Below, piece after piece: positions 29,134 to 41,233 of a stretch of DNA of 64,000 bases (positions within the stretch are counted from its first letter, which is position 1; each line of letters starts with the position of its first letter). The notes under the pieces are model-generated. The model was given only the letters and a program-made list of their open reading frames with translations, was not told where the DNA came from and did no database searches. The stretch is from Longimicrobiales bacterium (GTDB taxonomy: Bacteria > Gemmatimonadota > Gemmatimonadetes > Longimicrobiales > Gaopeijiaceae), in assembly GCA_041690395.1 (NCBI GenBank), contig JAWLHJ010000004.1, positions 465,365 through 529,364 on the forward strand, in the 5' to 3' direction. Position numbers and translations under genes: made by a program.

Positions 29134-30840
29134 TCACGCACTTCCGGCCGCGTCCGGACGCCGGGCCATCTCCGCCGCCCCACGCCCGGCGGTCGCGCCC
29201 ACGGCCTCCAGGGCGCTCTCGAGCGCCATGTGCGACACGCGCTCTCCGAAACGCTCGGGCCAGCCGGCCCGGGCGGTGATGTCACGCACCGGCCCCTTCA
29301 TGGCGGCGATGTGCACCGTCACGCCCTGCGCCCCCATCTCGCCCATGAGCATCTCGAGGGTCTCGACGGCGACCGCGTCCATGTCGTTCACCCCCGAGAA
29401 GTCGAGAATGATGTCGCGGTACTCCGTTTCCTCGACGAGCGCGGTCCGCAAGCTGTTCTCGAGGAAGCCCATGTTCGCGAAGTAGAGCGAGGCGTCGATC
29501 CTCAGGATCAGCGTCCCGGGGTAGGTCTCGACCTCGGGGTAGCGATCGATGTTCCGGAAGACGCGCTCCTTCGGCAGATATCCCAGGCGCGCCGAGTGCG
29601 GATAGGCGCTCCGCCAGATGAAGACCAGGAGCGAAAAGGCGACCCCCACGAGGATCCCGGTCTCGATGCCCAGCACGAGGGTCGCGGCGAAGGTGACGAC
29701 GAGGGTCCAACCGTCGATCGTCTTCAGCCTGAACAGGTGCCGGGCCTCCCGCACTTCGATGAGTCCGTAGACCGCGACGATCACGACGGCGGCGAGCACG
29801 GCTCTCGGCAGGAACTGGAACAAGGACGTGAACGCCAGCACCGTCAGCAGGATGAGACCGGCGGTGATGATGCTCGCCAGCCCCGTCCGCGCTCCGGCCT
29901 GGTAGTTCACCGCGGATCGCGAGAAGCCACCCGTGACGGGATATCCCGAGAAGACGCCCGCAGCCAGGTTGGCCAGGCCGAGCCCCCTGAGCTCCTGGTT
30001 CGCGTCGATCCTGTACTTCTCCCTCGTGGCGATGGACTTCGCCACCGCGAAGGATTCCATGAATCCCACGAAGGAGACGGCCAGAGCCGTGGTCAGGAGC
30101 GCCGAAAGGACGCCGATGTCCATGCTGGGCAGGGACGGCGCCGGGAGCCCGCCGGGCACGGCGCCCACGATGGCGACGCCTCGCTCGTGGAGCCCGAGGC
30201 CCCACGTCGCCACGGTGGCCAGAGCCACGACGCCCAGGGCCCCAGGCAGCCGCGGCGCCCACATCTTCGCCGCCACCAGCACAGCGATGCTCGCCACGCC
30301 GATGAGCAGGGTGTACGCATTCACCTCATCCAGCCGGGTCAGGGCCTCCCAGACCAGTCCGAAAACCGAGTGTCCGGACCGGAGATCCACACCGAGCAGC
30401 GTCTCGAGCTGGCTCAACCCGATGATGATGGCCGCCGCCGACGTGAACCCGCTGATCACGGCGTGGGACAGGAAGTTGACCACGAACCCCGCTTTCACGA
30501 GCCCGAGGAGGAGCTGGATCACCCCGGACATGAGCGCCAACACCGCCGCGAGGGCGATGAACCGTGCGGACCCCGGCTCCGCGAGCGCCGACACGCCGCT
30601 CAGGGTGAGCAGCGACACGATGGCCACGGGCCCCACCGCGAGCTGCCTGGAGGACCCGAACAGCGCATAGACGATGAGCGGCACCGTCGACGCGTACAGC
30701 CCGACCACGGGGGGCAGGCCCGCCAGCATCGCGTACGCCATCCCCTGAGGGATCAGCATGACCGCGACCGTCAGGCCGGCGGCCAGATCACCGGACAGAT
30801 CCTGCCGTCGGTAGCCCTTCAGCCCGTTCAGGTTGCTCAT
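29134..30840 (-). CDS. SulP/SLC26 anion permease with STAS domain
   Basis: DLAAGLTV..PQGMAYA, GSSRQLAVGP, GGFSRSAVN, C-terminal STAS (LYFAN). Confidence 0.95.
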   Translation of the reverse strand: MSNLNGLKGYRRQDLSGDLAAGLTVAVMLIPQGMAYAMLAGLPPVVGLYASTVPLIVYALFGSSRQLAVGPVAIVSLLTLSGVSALAEPGSARFIALAAVLALMSGVIQLLLGLVKAGFVVNFLSHAVISGFTSAAAIIIGLSQLETLLGVDLRSGHSVFGLVWEALTRLDEVNAYTLLIGVASIAVLVAAKMWAPRLPGALGVVALATVATWGLGLHERGVAIVGAVPGGLPAPSLPSMDIGVLSALLTTALAVSFVGFMESFAVAKSIATREKYRIDANQELRGLGLANLAAGVFSGYPVTGGFSRSAVNYQAGARTGLASIITAGLILLTVLAFTSLFQFLPRAVLAAVVIVAVYGLIEVREARHLFRLKTIDGWTLVVTFAATLVLGIETGILVGVAFSLLVFIWRSAYPHSARLGYLPKERVFRNIDRYPEVETYPGTLILRIDASLYFANMGFLENSLRTALVEETEYRDIILDFSGVNDMDAVAVETLEMLMGEMGAQGVTVHIAAMKGPVRDITARAGWPERFGERVSHMALESALEAVGATAGRGAAEMARRPDAAGSA

Positions 30841-31000
30841 GCGATGCCCGTATTCCCGATGATGGTTGGCTGACTATCCCGTCATGGAGTGGCCGGGTCA
30901 ATGTCGGTGGCCGACCGGGAGCGCCGTCTCGCGTCGCGGGTATCAGATTCGAGGCGCATCGGCCTGCATCGTTCCACTCCGCCTTCCGACAACGACCATC

Positions 31001-31666
31001 ATGCGTCATGAGATCATGATCCTCCGCCCGCTGCCGCTCCTGGCCGCCCTCGCCCTGGCTGCCTGCGGAGACGCGTCCTCGGACGCCGACGCTGGTGCGG
31101 CCGATGCTGCCGCGACCGAAGCCTCGGCGGTGGCATGGACGCCCAGTCCGGCGGAGATCCAGCGGGCGACCGAGATCGGACAGGAAGCTGCCGGCCGGCT
31201 CGCCTCCACGCTGATGCAGCAGCTCTCGGCGCAGATGGCCGAGGCCGGCCCCGAAGCCGCCATCGAGTTCTGCTCCGACGAGGCGATGGCCCTGACCCAC
31301 GGCGTCAGCACCGCCCTCGGGGATCTCGACGTGAAGCGAACCTCGACGCGGGTGCGCAACCCGGAGAACGCGCCCGACTCACTGGAGCGGGTGGCACTCG
31401 CCCGCTTCGAGGCGGCAAGCGAGGCTGGGGCCCTGCCCGCCAGCTGGGTCCAGACGGTGGGCGACGACGAGCTCCGATACTATCAGCCCCTCGTCGTGAA
31501 CGAGATGTGCACCCAATGCCACGGTCCGGTGGACACCCTCCAGCCCGCGGTGCGCGCGCGACTCGAGGCTCTGTATCCGCGGGACCAGGCCGTCGGATAC
31601 GCGCCGGGTGATTTCCGGGGGCTCATCCGGGTGGCCATCCCGCGAGAGGCTCTGGACGAGGGGTGA
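31001..31666 (+). CDS. DUF3365-type c-type heme lipoprotein
   Basis: Lipobox LAAC; AIEFC, RNPENAPD, CTQCH heme motif, YP.DQAVGY..GDFRG. Confidence 0.82.
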   Translation: MRHEIMILRPLPLLAALALAACGDASSDADAGAADAAATEASAVAWTPSPAEIQRATEIGQEAAGRLASTLMQQLSAQMAEAGPEAAIEFCSDEAMALTHGVSTALGDLDVKRTSTRVRNPENAPDSLERVALARFEAASEAGALPASWVQTVGDDELRYYQPLVVNEMCTQCHGPVDTLQPAVRARLEALYPRDQAVGYAPGDFRGLIRVAIPREALDEG

Positions 31667-31695
31667 GCGGACGCCGGGGATCACCCCCGGGCACG

Positions 31696-31730
31696 AAAAA
31701 GCCCCTCCCGGACGTACATCCGGGAGGGGC
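31696..31730 (-). terminator. Intrinsic terminator downstream of tRNA-Met
   Basis: 12-bp perfect stem GCCCCTCCCGGA/TCCGGGAGGGGC followed by U5 on the minus strand. Confidence 0.85.
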
Positions 31731-31752
31731 GCACCCCTCGAGCGGCAAGGAG

Positions 31753-31826
31753 TGCCGGAGGAGGGACTCGAACCCCCGACACGCGGATTATGATTCCGCT
31801 GCTCTAACCGACTGAGCTACTCCGGC
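31753..31826 (-). tRNA. tRNA-Met (CAT), probably elongator; CCA not encoded
   Basis: GCCGGAG/CTCCGGC acceptor stem, TAGCTCAG D-arm, GCGGA-ATCATAA-TCCGC anticodon arm, GTTCGA T-loop. Paired 1:72 and no GGG/CCC anticodon stem, so not an initiator. Confidence 0.95.
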
Positions 31827-31945
31827 GAAGACGGAAAAGCTCATCCCGAGGGGCAGCGGTGTCAACCGGAATTGAAGGCCCCGGGCGCGGCTCCCGTATG
31901 TTTCCTGGATCGGTCCTCCCTTCCCTACCTCAACGGAGCGTCCCG

Positions 31946-32872
31946 ATGGACTTCGGCACCGTCACCATCCCCATCGTCGCCGCCGGCGCCATCGCGCTGG
32001 TCACGAGCCTCCGCATCCTCATGGAGTACGAGCGGGGCGTGATCTTCCGGCTCGGCAAGCTGACCCGCGCCAAGGGGCCGGGGCTGATCTTCCTGGTCCC
32101 GTTCGGTGTCGAGCGGATGAAGAAGATGGACCTCCGGATCGTGGCCCTCGACATCGCGCCGCAGGACACGATCACCAAGGACAACGTAAGTGTGCGGGTG
32201 AACGCGGTGGTCTACTTCAAGGTGGCCGACCCGGAGAAGGCGGTCATCGAGATCGAGGACTACTACTTCGCCACCAGCCAGCTCGCACAGACGACGCTCC
32301 GCTCCGTGATCGGACAGTCCGAGCTCGACCAGCTCCTGGCCGAGCGCGAGCGCATCAACGAGATCGTCCGGGTCATCATCGACGAGGGCACCGACCCGTG
32401 GGGCATCGACGTGACCGGCGTCGAGATCAAGGACATCGATCTGCCGCAGGAGATGAAGCGGGCGATGGCGAGGCAGGCGGAGGCCGAGCGGGAGCGGCGG
32501 GCGAAGGTGATCAGCGCCGAAGGTGAGTACCAGGCCTCGGCGAAGCTCGCGTCCGCGGCCGAGATCATCCAGCAGTTCCCGGTCGCCATGCAGCTCCGCT
32601 TCCTGCAGACCGTGGTCGAGATCGCGGCGGAGAACAACTCCACGACGCTCTTCCCGATTCCCATCGAGCTCTTCAGGCCCTTCACCGATCCCGGGAAGCC
32701 GGCGTCCGAGGAAGCGCGTGCGCGAGCGCTCAAGGCCGCCGCCGAGACGATGATCGAGGCGCTCCCGGAGTCGAAGGACCCCGAGGTCCTGAAGGGCGCG
32801 GCGAAGCGGATCCTGAAGGAGGCCGCGGCGGCGCGGGAGGACGCGGAGGGGCGTGACAAGTCGGAGGGTTGA
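31946..32872 (+). CDS. SPFH/slipin (stomatin-like) protein
   Basis: [39 protein letters not shown]. Confidence 0.93.
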   Translation: MDFGTVTIPIVAAGAIALVTSLRILMEYERGVIFRLGKLTRAKGPGLIFLVPFGVERMKKMDLRIVALDIAPQDTITKDNVSVRVNAVVYFKVADPEKAVIEIEDYYFATSQLAQTTLRSVIGQSELDQLLAERERINEIVRVIIDEGTDPWGIDVTGVEIKDIDLPQEMKRAMARQAEAERERRAKVISAEGEYQASAKLASAAEIIQQFPVAMQLRFLQTVVEIAAENNSTTLFPIPIELFRPFTDPGKPASEEARARALKAAAETMIEALPESKDPEVLKGAAKRILKEAAAAREDAEGRDKSEG

Positions 32873-32914
32873 GGAGAGCGGACCCCGAGGGCCGCAACCC
32901 ACCCGAATCCCGCC

Positions 32915-33235
32915 CTACTCCGGGTTCGGCCCCGTCTCGAGCGTGGGCCCCTCGCCGGCTGGGTGCGCGAAGCGGTAGAGCGTCTCCCCCTCGCGGATCA
33001 TACCGAAGCGCTCCCGCGCGATACGCTCGAGCGCGGCCGGGTCGTTCTCCAGCGAGTCCGCCCGTGCGCTGAGGGAGTCGATGCGCTCCTCGAGCTCCGC
33101 CAGCTCCGCCCGCGCCGCCTCGACCTCCGCCCGGGCACGGCGCACCTCGAAGACCGAGTACTCGCCGCCGAAAACCGCGTAGTACATGGCGAGCAGGAGC
33201 AGCGCGGGGAGCAGGATCCGCTTCAGGAAGCGCAC
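32915..33235 (-). CDS. ftsB: Septum formation initiator FtsB/DivIC
   Basis: TM, coiled coil, LERIARERFGMIREGE. Follows eno. Confidence 0.85.
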   Translation of the reverse strand: MRFLKRILLPALLLLAMYYAVFGGEYSVFEVRRARAEVEAARAELAELEERIDSLSARADSLENDPAALERIARERFGMIREGETLYRFAHPAGEGPTLETGPNPE

Positions 33236-33278
33236 GCGTGCGCCTCCATCGTGGGATAGCCGGGCTCCCCGCGCATGC

Positions 33279-34592
<1,314 letters not shown>

Positions 34593-35309
34593 TTAAGCCG
34601 GACGGGCGAGCAGGCCGGCCACGGCCCCGTGCGCCCGTCGGGTGAGCTCGTCCCTGTCCTGCATCTCCAGCCCGTCCACGGGAATCGGATCGCCGAAGCG
34701 AATCGTGACGGTCCCGGGACCGATCAGGAGGCTCCCTTTGTGCATCACCTCGCGCGATCCCATGATCGCGGCCGGCACGATCTCGACGCCGGTCTGGATG
34801 CCCAGCACGAACGCGCCCTTCTTGAACCGTTGCAGCTCGCCGGTCGCGGAGCGCGTTCCCTCCGGGAACATGATGATGGTAGGACGCTCCTTCTCCAAGA
34901 TCTCCTTGGCGCGAGCGAGCGACTCGAGGGCCTTGGCGCGGTCCTCGCGGTCGATGAAGATGTGCCCGCAACGACGGATCGAGGGCCCGAACAGCGGCGC
35001 CTTCTCGATCTCCTTCTTCGCGACGAACCGATAGCCTCCGGGGAGGTGCCCGGCGAGCGCGAGCACGTCGAACCAGGACTGGTGGTTGACCACCAGGATC
35101 TGGGCGCGCTCCGGATCGATGACGTCTTCGTTCTCGAGCACGACCCGCGTGCCTGTCACGCGGAGCAGGAAGCGTGACCAGGACCGCGGCACGTCCTCGC
35201 AGACGCACGGGAGCCGCGGCGACTTCCACGCCATGGCCCAGAGGATGCGCACCGCGTGGTAGACGGTGAGCGGCGCGATGACGAGCAGGACGGCGAGCAG
35301 GCGGATCAC
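34593..35309 (-). CDS. plsC: 1-acyl-sn-glycerol-3-phosphate acyltransferase
   Basis: NHQSWFD, FIDR, FPEGTRS. Confidence 0.92.
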   Translation of the reverse strand: MIRLLAVLLVIAPLTVYHAVRILWAMAWKSPRLPCVCEDVPRSWSRFLLRVTGTRVVLENEDVIDPERAQILVVNHQSWFDVLALAGHLPGGYRFVAKKEIEKAPLFGPSIRRCGHIFIDREDRAKALESLARAKEILEKERPTIIMFPEGTRSATGELQRFKKGAFVLGIQTGVEIVPAAIMGSREVMHKGSLLIGPGTVTIRFGDPIPVDGLEMQDRDELTRRAHGAVAGLLARPA

Positions 35310-35370
35310 GGGCGGGGCGTCACGGACGGAGTCTTCATGGGCGGACGTTCACGGACGGAGCACGCATCCG

Positions 35371-36396
35371 TCAATCGCTCCAGTGGTCGAAGCCGCCGCG
35401 GCCGACCGGACGGAGATCGCCGGTAGGGCTCTCGAGGAGCACCATGGGCGGCGCGTCCTCGTCGTAGCTTCCGGACGCGCTCTTCCGGGCCTCCACGACG
35501 CGTCCGACACGGGTCAAGGGGACGTCGACGGCCCCCTCCTCCAACATCACCTGGACGGCTCCGGGACGCGCAGCGAAGAGGAGCTCGAAGTCCTCCCCCC
35601 CGTGCAACGCCGCCTCCAGGGCGCCTTCGTCACCCAGGACCGCGCGAACCTCCGGGTCGACGGGCACCTCGGCCGCTTCGATCACCACGCCCACGCCCGA
35701 CGCGGCCGCCAGATGGCCGGCGTCTCCGGCGAGGCCGTCCGACAGGTCGAGCATGGCCGCCGCGACGCCGGCCCGGCCGAGCGTGAGGCCGAGACGGGTC
35801 CGGGGCTCCGGCTTCGCGAACCGCCGGCGGAGCGGCTCGGGCGGCACGCGGTCGTCGGCCCAGAGGTGGAGGGCGGCCCCACCGGTCCCGAGCGTGCCGC
35901 TCACCCAGAGCTCGTCACCCGGCCGGGCGCCGGCCCGCGACACGGGGTGATCGGCACGCCCGAGCACGACGACATCGATGAACAGCGGCCCCGGTGAGCG
36001 CGACAGGTCGCCGCCGATGACCCGGGCCCCCACGGCCTCGGCGGCGGCGCGCACGCCCGCCTGGGCGGACGCCACGTCGACCCGGGCCCCACGCGCCGCG
36101 GCCATGGACACCAGCACGCCGACGGGGCGCGCCGCCATGGCCGCCAGGTCCGAGAGCGCCGCCGACGCCGCCCGGTAGCCGATCTCCTCGTCGGTGAGCC
36201 ATCCCCGGCGGAAGTGGACGTCTTCGACGGCGAGGTCGGTACTGATGACCCATCCTCCCTCCAGCACCGCGGCGTCGTCTCCCGGCCCGAGCTCGACGCC
36301 GTCCGGCAGGGGCGCGTCCGCTCCGAGGAACGCCCGGATCATGTCGAACTCGCGTCCGGCGCCCAGACGCACGCGGGTGGGGCGTCGGGACGTCAT
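35371..36396 (-). CDS. thiL: Thiamine-monophosphate kinase
   Basis: GPGDDAA, LSDLAAM, GGDL, DLSDGL, GGEDFEL. Confidence 0.94.
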   Translation of the reverse strand: MTSRRPTRVRLGAGREFDMIRAFLGADAPLPDGVELGPGDDAAVLEGGWVISTDLAVEDVHFRRGWLTDEEIGYRAASAALSDLAAMAARPVGVLVSMAAARGARVDVASAQAGVRAAAEAVGARVIGGDLSRSPGPLFIDVVVLGRADHPVSRAGARPGDELWVSGTLGTGGAALHLWADDRVPPEPLRRRFAKPEPRTRLGLTLGRAGVAAAMLDLSDGLAGDAGHLAAASGVGVVIEAAEVPVDPEVRAVLGDEGALEAALHGGEDFELLFAARPGAVQVMLEEGAVDVPLTRVGRVVEARKSASGSYDEDAPPMVLLESPTGDLRPVGRGGFDHWSD

Positions 36397-36435
36397 GGGG
36401 CGGGCGCGGCTTCGACGGGAATCCACATGGTCGGC

Positions 36436-38073
36436 TCAGTCGGCCGGATCGGCGTCGAAGATCACGAACGGGAGGCCGAGGGGCCCCGCGTCGGTTTGGG
36501 CCGACGCCGTCGGGTCGACGGCCTCGGCAAGGACGTCGGGTAGGCGCTCGGCGACATCCGAAGGTGTCAACGACACGCCTTTCCCGGCGAGACGGGCGGC
36601 CCGGCCGGTCAGGTAGAGTCCGACCGCGCCGGCGTCCGCCGGGCTCAGCCCCTGGGCCAGGAGCGCGCCGCACACGCCGGAGAGCGTGTCGCCCATACCC
36701 GCCGCGGCGAGATCCGACGAGCCCTGGGTGTCGACCCGGAGCGGCCCGTCCTCCGCGGCGACGAGCGAGGGCGCGCCTTTCAGGACGACCGCCGCGTGGA
36801 AGCGCTCGGCGGCGGCACGGGCCCGCGCGGCCGGGCCTCGCGAGCCCGTGTTCTCGGCGCCCGGGACCGCCCCGTCGCCCAGAAGCCGCCCTATCTCTCC
36901 GGGATGCGGCGTCAGCAGCGTGGGCCGGCGGGCGCCGACCTCCGGGAGATCCACCACGCCCGACGCCGCCAGGTTCAGGGCGTCCGCGTCGAGGAGGATC
37001 GGTCGGTCGGTCTCGCCGACCCCTTCGACGCCCTCGGTGCCGTCGAGCACCCACGCCAGCACCCGGCGGGCGTCGTCGTCCTGACCGAGCCCGGGCCCGA
37101 CCACCACGGCGTCACTCCCCTCCACGGCCGCCCGGACGGCGGAGCCGTCGGTGGCGTCGACCCAGAGTGCCTCCGGGAGCGCGCTCTGCACGATCTCACG
37201 GTTCCCGGGAACCGTGGCGACCCGGACGATCCCGACGCCGGCCCTGAGCGCTCCACGCCCCGCGAGCACGGCGGCGCCCGCCAGGCCCATTCCGCCCCCG
37301 ACCACCAGGAGCCGGCCGACCGCATTCTTGTGCGTGTCCGTCGCGCGGCGCGGCAGGCGCGCTCGCGCCCAGCCGGGTGTGGCCAGGAACGCACGGGCCT
37401 CGCCTTCCTCCAACGGCGGGAAGCCGATCTCGACGGCCACCAGTCGCCCGACAAGGGCGCGGGCCGGATGCAGCAGCGAGCCGAGCTTGGGCGCGCCGAA
37501 GGCGACGGTCACATCGGCTCTCACGGCTTCGCCAGGCACGGCACCGGTCTCCGGGTCGATGCCCGAGGGCACGTCCACGGCCAGCACGGCCCGAGCCGAC
37601 GCGTTCACGGCCCGTATGGCGGCGGCCTGCCGCTCCCGTGGGGCGCCCCGGACGCCGGTTCCCAGAATGCCGTCGACCACGACCGCGGCACCCTCCAACA
37701 GCGCACGCCAGCCGGGTGCGTCGAGCTCCGCGTCGGTGGACGTCGGCACGTCCCAGCCATGGGCGAGCGGATGGGGGACCTCCCGATCGGCGACGAGAAC
37801 CGCCCGCACGTCACGCCCCCACGCGGCGAGGGTGCGCAGCGCGACCAGGGCGTCGCCTCCGTTATTGCCCGCGCCGACCACGCCGACCACCGGGCCGTCG
37901 GGGTGGAGACGGTGAAGCACGAGCGCGGCGGCCCGGCCCGCGTTCTCCATGAGCACCCGCTCGGGCACCCCGATGCGGTCGATCGCCCGGCGATCCCACG
38001 CCGCCGCCTCCGCGCCGGTCAACGCCGGCACCACGCCCCGAGCCCAGGGCCGGAGGGAGCGGACGTCGCTCAC
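36436..38073 (-). CDS. nnr: Bifunctional NAD(P)H-hydrate epimerase/dehydratase
   Basis: LMENAG, GNNGGD, DVPSG; THK, GPGLG, DADAL, TPHPGE, AGMGDTL. Confidence 0.94.
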   Translation of the reverse strand: MSDVRSLRPWARGVVPALTGAEAAAWDRRAIDRIGVPERVLMENAGRAAALVLHRLHPDGPVVGVVGAGNNGGDALVALRTLAAWGRDVRAVLVADREVPHPLAHGWDVPTSTDAELDAPGWRALLEGAAVVVDGILGTGVRGAPRERQAAAIRAVNASARAVLAVDVPSGIDPETGAVPGEAVRADVTVAFGAPKLGSLLHPARALVGRLVAVEIGFPPLEEGEARAFLATPGWARARLPRRATDTHKNAVGRLLVVGGGMGLAGAAVLAGRGALRAGVGIVRVATVPGNREIVQSALPEALWVDATDGSAVRAAVEGSDAVVVGPGLGQDDDARRVLAWVLDGTEGVEGVGETDRPILLDADALNLAASGVVDLPEVGARRPTLLTPHPGEIGRLLGDGAVPGAENTGSRGPAARARAAAERFHAAVVLKGAPSLVAAEDGPLRVDTQGSSDLAAAGMGDTLSGVCGALLAQGLSPADAGAVGLYLTGRAARLAGKGVSLTPSDVAERLPDVLAEAVDPTASAQTDAGPLGLPFVIFDADPAD

Positions 38074-38131
38074 GGTCCGCGATCCCGGCCGGGCCGGGCC
38101 ATCGGTCCGGTCGGCGCCCCGGCGCGAGCCC

Positions 38132-38329
38132 CTACTTGTAGCTCTGGCCGATCGCCCGGCCGAGCGTGATCTCGCCGTTGTCGATCCGGATGTTGAACCC
38201 GCACTCCGGATTCGAGCATACCCAGGCCTTGTAGCGGATCGGTGCTCCGTCCCTGCCGTAGTCCGAGAGCGGCAAGAGGATCCCGGTCTCGCACTTCAGG
38301 CAGCTTGGAAATCCACCGTCTCCCACCAT
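38132..38329 (-). CDS. Small zinc-ribbon protein
   Basis: 65 aa, CLKC...CSNPEC. Strong GGAGGAG RBS. Confidence 0.75.
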   Translation of the reverse strand: MVGDGGFPSCLKCETGILLPLSDYGRDGAPIRYKAWVCSNPECGFNIRIDNGEITLGRAIGQSYK

Positions 38330-38435
38330 CTGAAACTCCTCCCATGGGCGTATTGACGAGTCAGTTCGTCGAGGAGCCCGGCGCGGCCGGGCGTATGATC
38401 TTCAGGGAACGCGTCGGATCGCGTCCCCGCTTTCA

Positions 38436-38816
38436 TCAGAGATGCGCGTTCCAGGGATAGTTGAGCTCGAACGCCTCTTCGAAATCGAAGAGATCGGCGA
38501 AGTCCTCCGGCCCGTCCCCTTCCTGCTTCACGAGGATCCCGTGCTCGACCATCGCGAATACCACGCGTCCCATGTCTTCGGTCGCATGGATACCCCAGTG
38601 TTCGAGAACGATCCGTGCCATGGGACCGAACTGCTCGAGTGCCAGACCCCGCACGCCCTCCGCCAGCTCGCGCCCCGAGATGTGCCTCGGCTGCTCGAGC
38701 GAGCCGATCACCGAATGCAACGCCTGCAGCACGAAGACGTACGCGCGCGGATGAAAGCGCGGGTGCTTCTCCCGGAGCTCGTCCAGGACTTCGTCGGCGA
38801 ATTGCAAATCGATCAT
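38436..38816 (-). CDS. Minf_1886-like conserved hypothetical protein
   Basis: AYVFV..AL, HISGREL, FGPMA..VLEHWG..T.D.G pattern. Confidence 0.75.
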   Translation of the reverse strand: MIDLQFADEVLDELREKHPRFHPRAYVFVLQALHSVIGSLEQPRHISGRELAEGVRGLALEQFGPMARIVLEHWGIHATEDMGRVVFAMVEHGILVKQEGDGPEDFADLFDFEEAFELNYPWNAHL

Positions 38817-38856
38817 GACGGAAAATGTGCGCCGGACGTCGAGGCGAGCACAAGGC

Positions 38857-40118
38857 TCACCGGCCGTCGCTTCCGAACTCCGGGTAGAGGGGGAAGTCCG
38901 AGCACAGCTCGCGAACCTCTTCACGGACCTTCTCGATCCGGCCCTCGTCCTCCGGGGATTCCAGGATATGCGCAATCCAGGCCCCGATGCGCTCCATCTC
39001 CCGCTCGCGCATCCCACGAGTGGTGAGCGCGGGGGTGCCGATCCGCAGCCCGGACGTGACGAAGGGTGAGCGCGTCTCTCCGGGCACGGTGTTCTTGTTC
39101 ACCGTGATGCCGGCGGCCTCGAGGGCTTCCTCGGCGACCTTGCCCGTCAGCTCGTCGTGGCTCGCGCTCAGGTCGACCAGCAGCAGATGATTGTCGGTAC
39201 CGCCGCTCACCAGCTTGAAGCCCCGGCTCGCCATGGCGGCGCCCAGCGCCCGCGCGTTCGCGATCACCTGGGCCGAATACGCGTGGAACTCCGGCTGCAG
39301 GGCCTCACGGAACGCGACCGCCTTGGCGGCGATGACGTGCATGAGCGGCCCGCCCTGCATGAACGGGAAGACCGACTTGTCGATCCCCTTGGCATGCTCC
39401 TCGCGGGTCAGGATGAGGCCACCACGAGGCCCGCGGAGGGTCTTGTGGGTGGTGGTCGTCACCACGTCCGCGTGCGGCACCGGCGAGGGGTGGTGCCCCG
39501 TCGCCACGAGCCCGGCGATGTGCGCCATGTCCACCAGGAGCTTCGCCCCCACTTCCTTCGCGATCGACCCGAACGCCTCGAAGTCGATGACGCGCGGATA
39601 GGCGCTCGCGCCGGCGACGATCATCTTCGGCTTCACGGAGCGCGCCTGATCGCGCAGCGCGTCGTAGTCGATGAGCCCGTCGTCCTCGCGCACGCCGTAG
39701 CTGCTCACCTCGAACAGCCGTCCGCTGAAGTTCACCGGCGATCCGTGCGTGAGATGCCCGCCGTTGCTCAGGTCCATGCCCAGGATGGGATCCCCGGGCT
39801 CCAGAAAGGTGAAGTACGCGGCCATGTTGGCCTGCGCGCCCGAGTGGGGCTGCACGTTGGCGTGCTCGGCCCCGAACAGGTCGAGCGCCCGCTTGCGCGC
39901 GAGGTCCTCAGCGATGTCCACGAACTCGCAGCCGCCGTAGTAGCGCCGGCCCGGAAGCCCTTCGGCGTACTTGTTGGTCATGACCGTGCCCATCGCCTCG
40001 AGCACGGCATGCGACACGAAGTTCTCCGACGCGATCAGCTCCAGCCCCTCGGCCTGCCTGCGGGCCTCGCGCACGATCGAGTCGTAGATCTCCGGATCGG
40101 AGGACTTCAGATGATCCA

Positions 40119-40122
<4 letters not shown>
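38857..40122 (-). CDS. glyA: Serine hydroxymethyltransferase
   Basis: [32 protein letters not shown]. Confidence 0.98.
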
Positions 40123-41186
<1,064 letters not shown>

Positions 41187-41233
41187 GTCCCCACCCCGTT
41201 GGTCGTCGATCCGCTTCCTGGTGAAGAGCCGGC

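Noticed and set aside
22159..31752. tRNA-anchored genomic island
   Set aside because: No integrase or transposase, no duplicated tRNA 3' end seen, and no obvious compositional shift.
31753..31826. tRNA-Ile2 or initiator assignment for the CAT tRNA (tilS is nearby)
   Set aside because: Initiator features are absent, and the arms resemble elongator Met more than Ile2. A covariance-model check is needed to exclude Ile2 fully.
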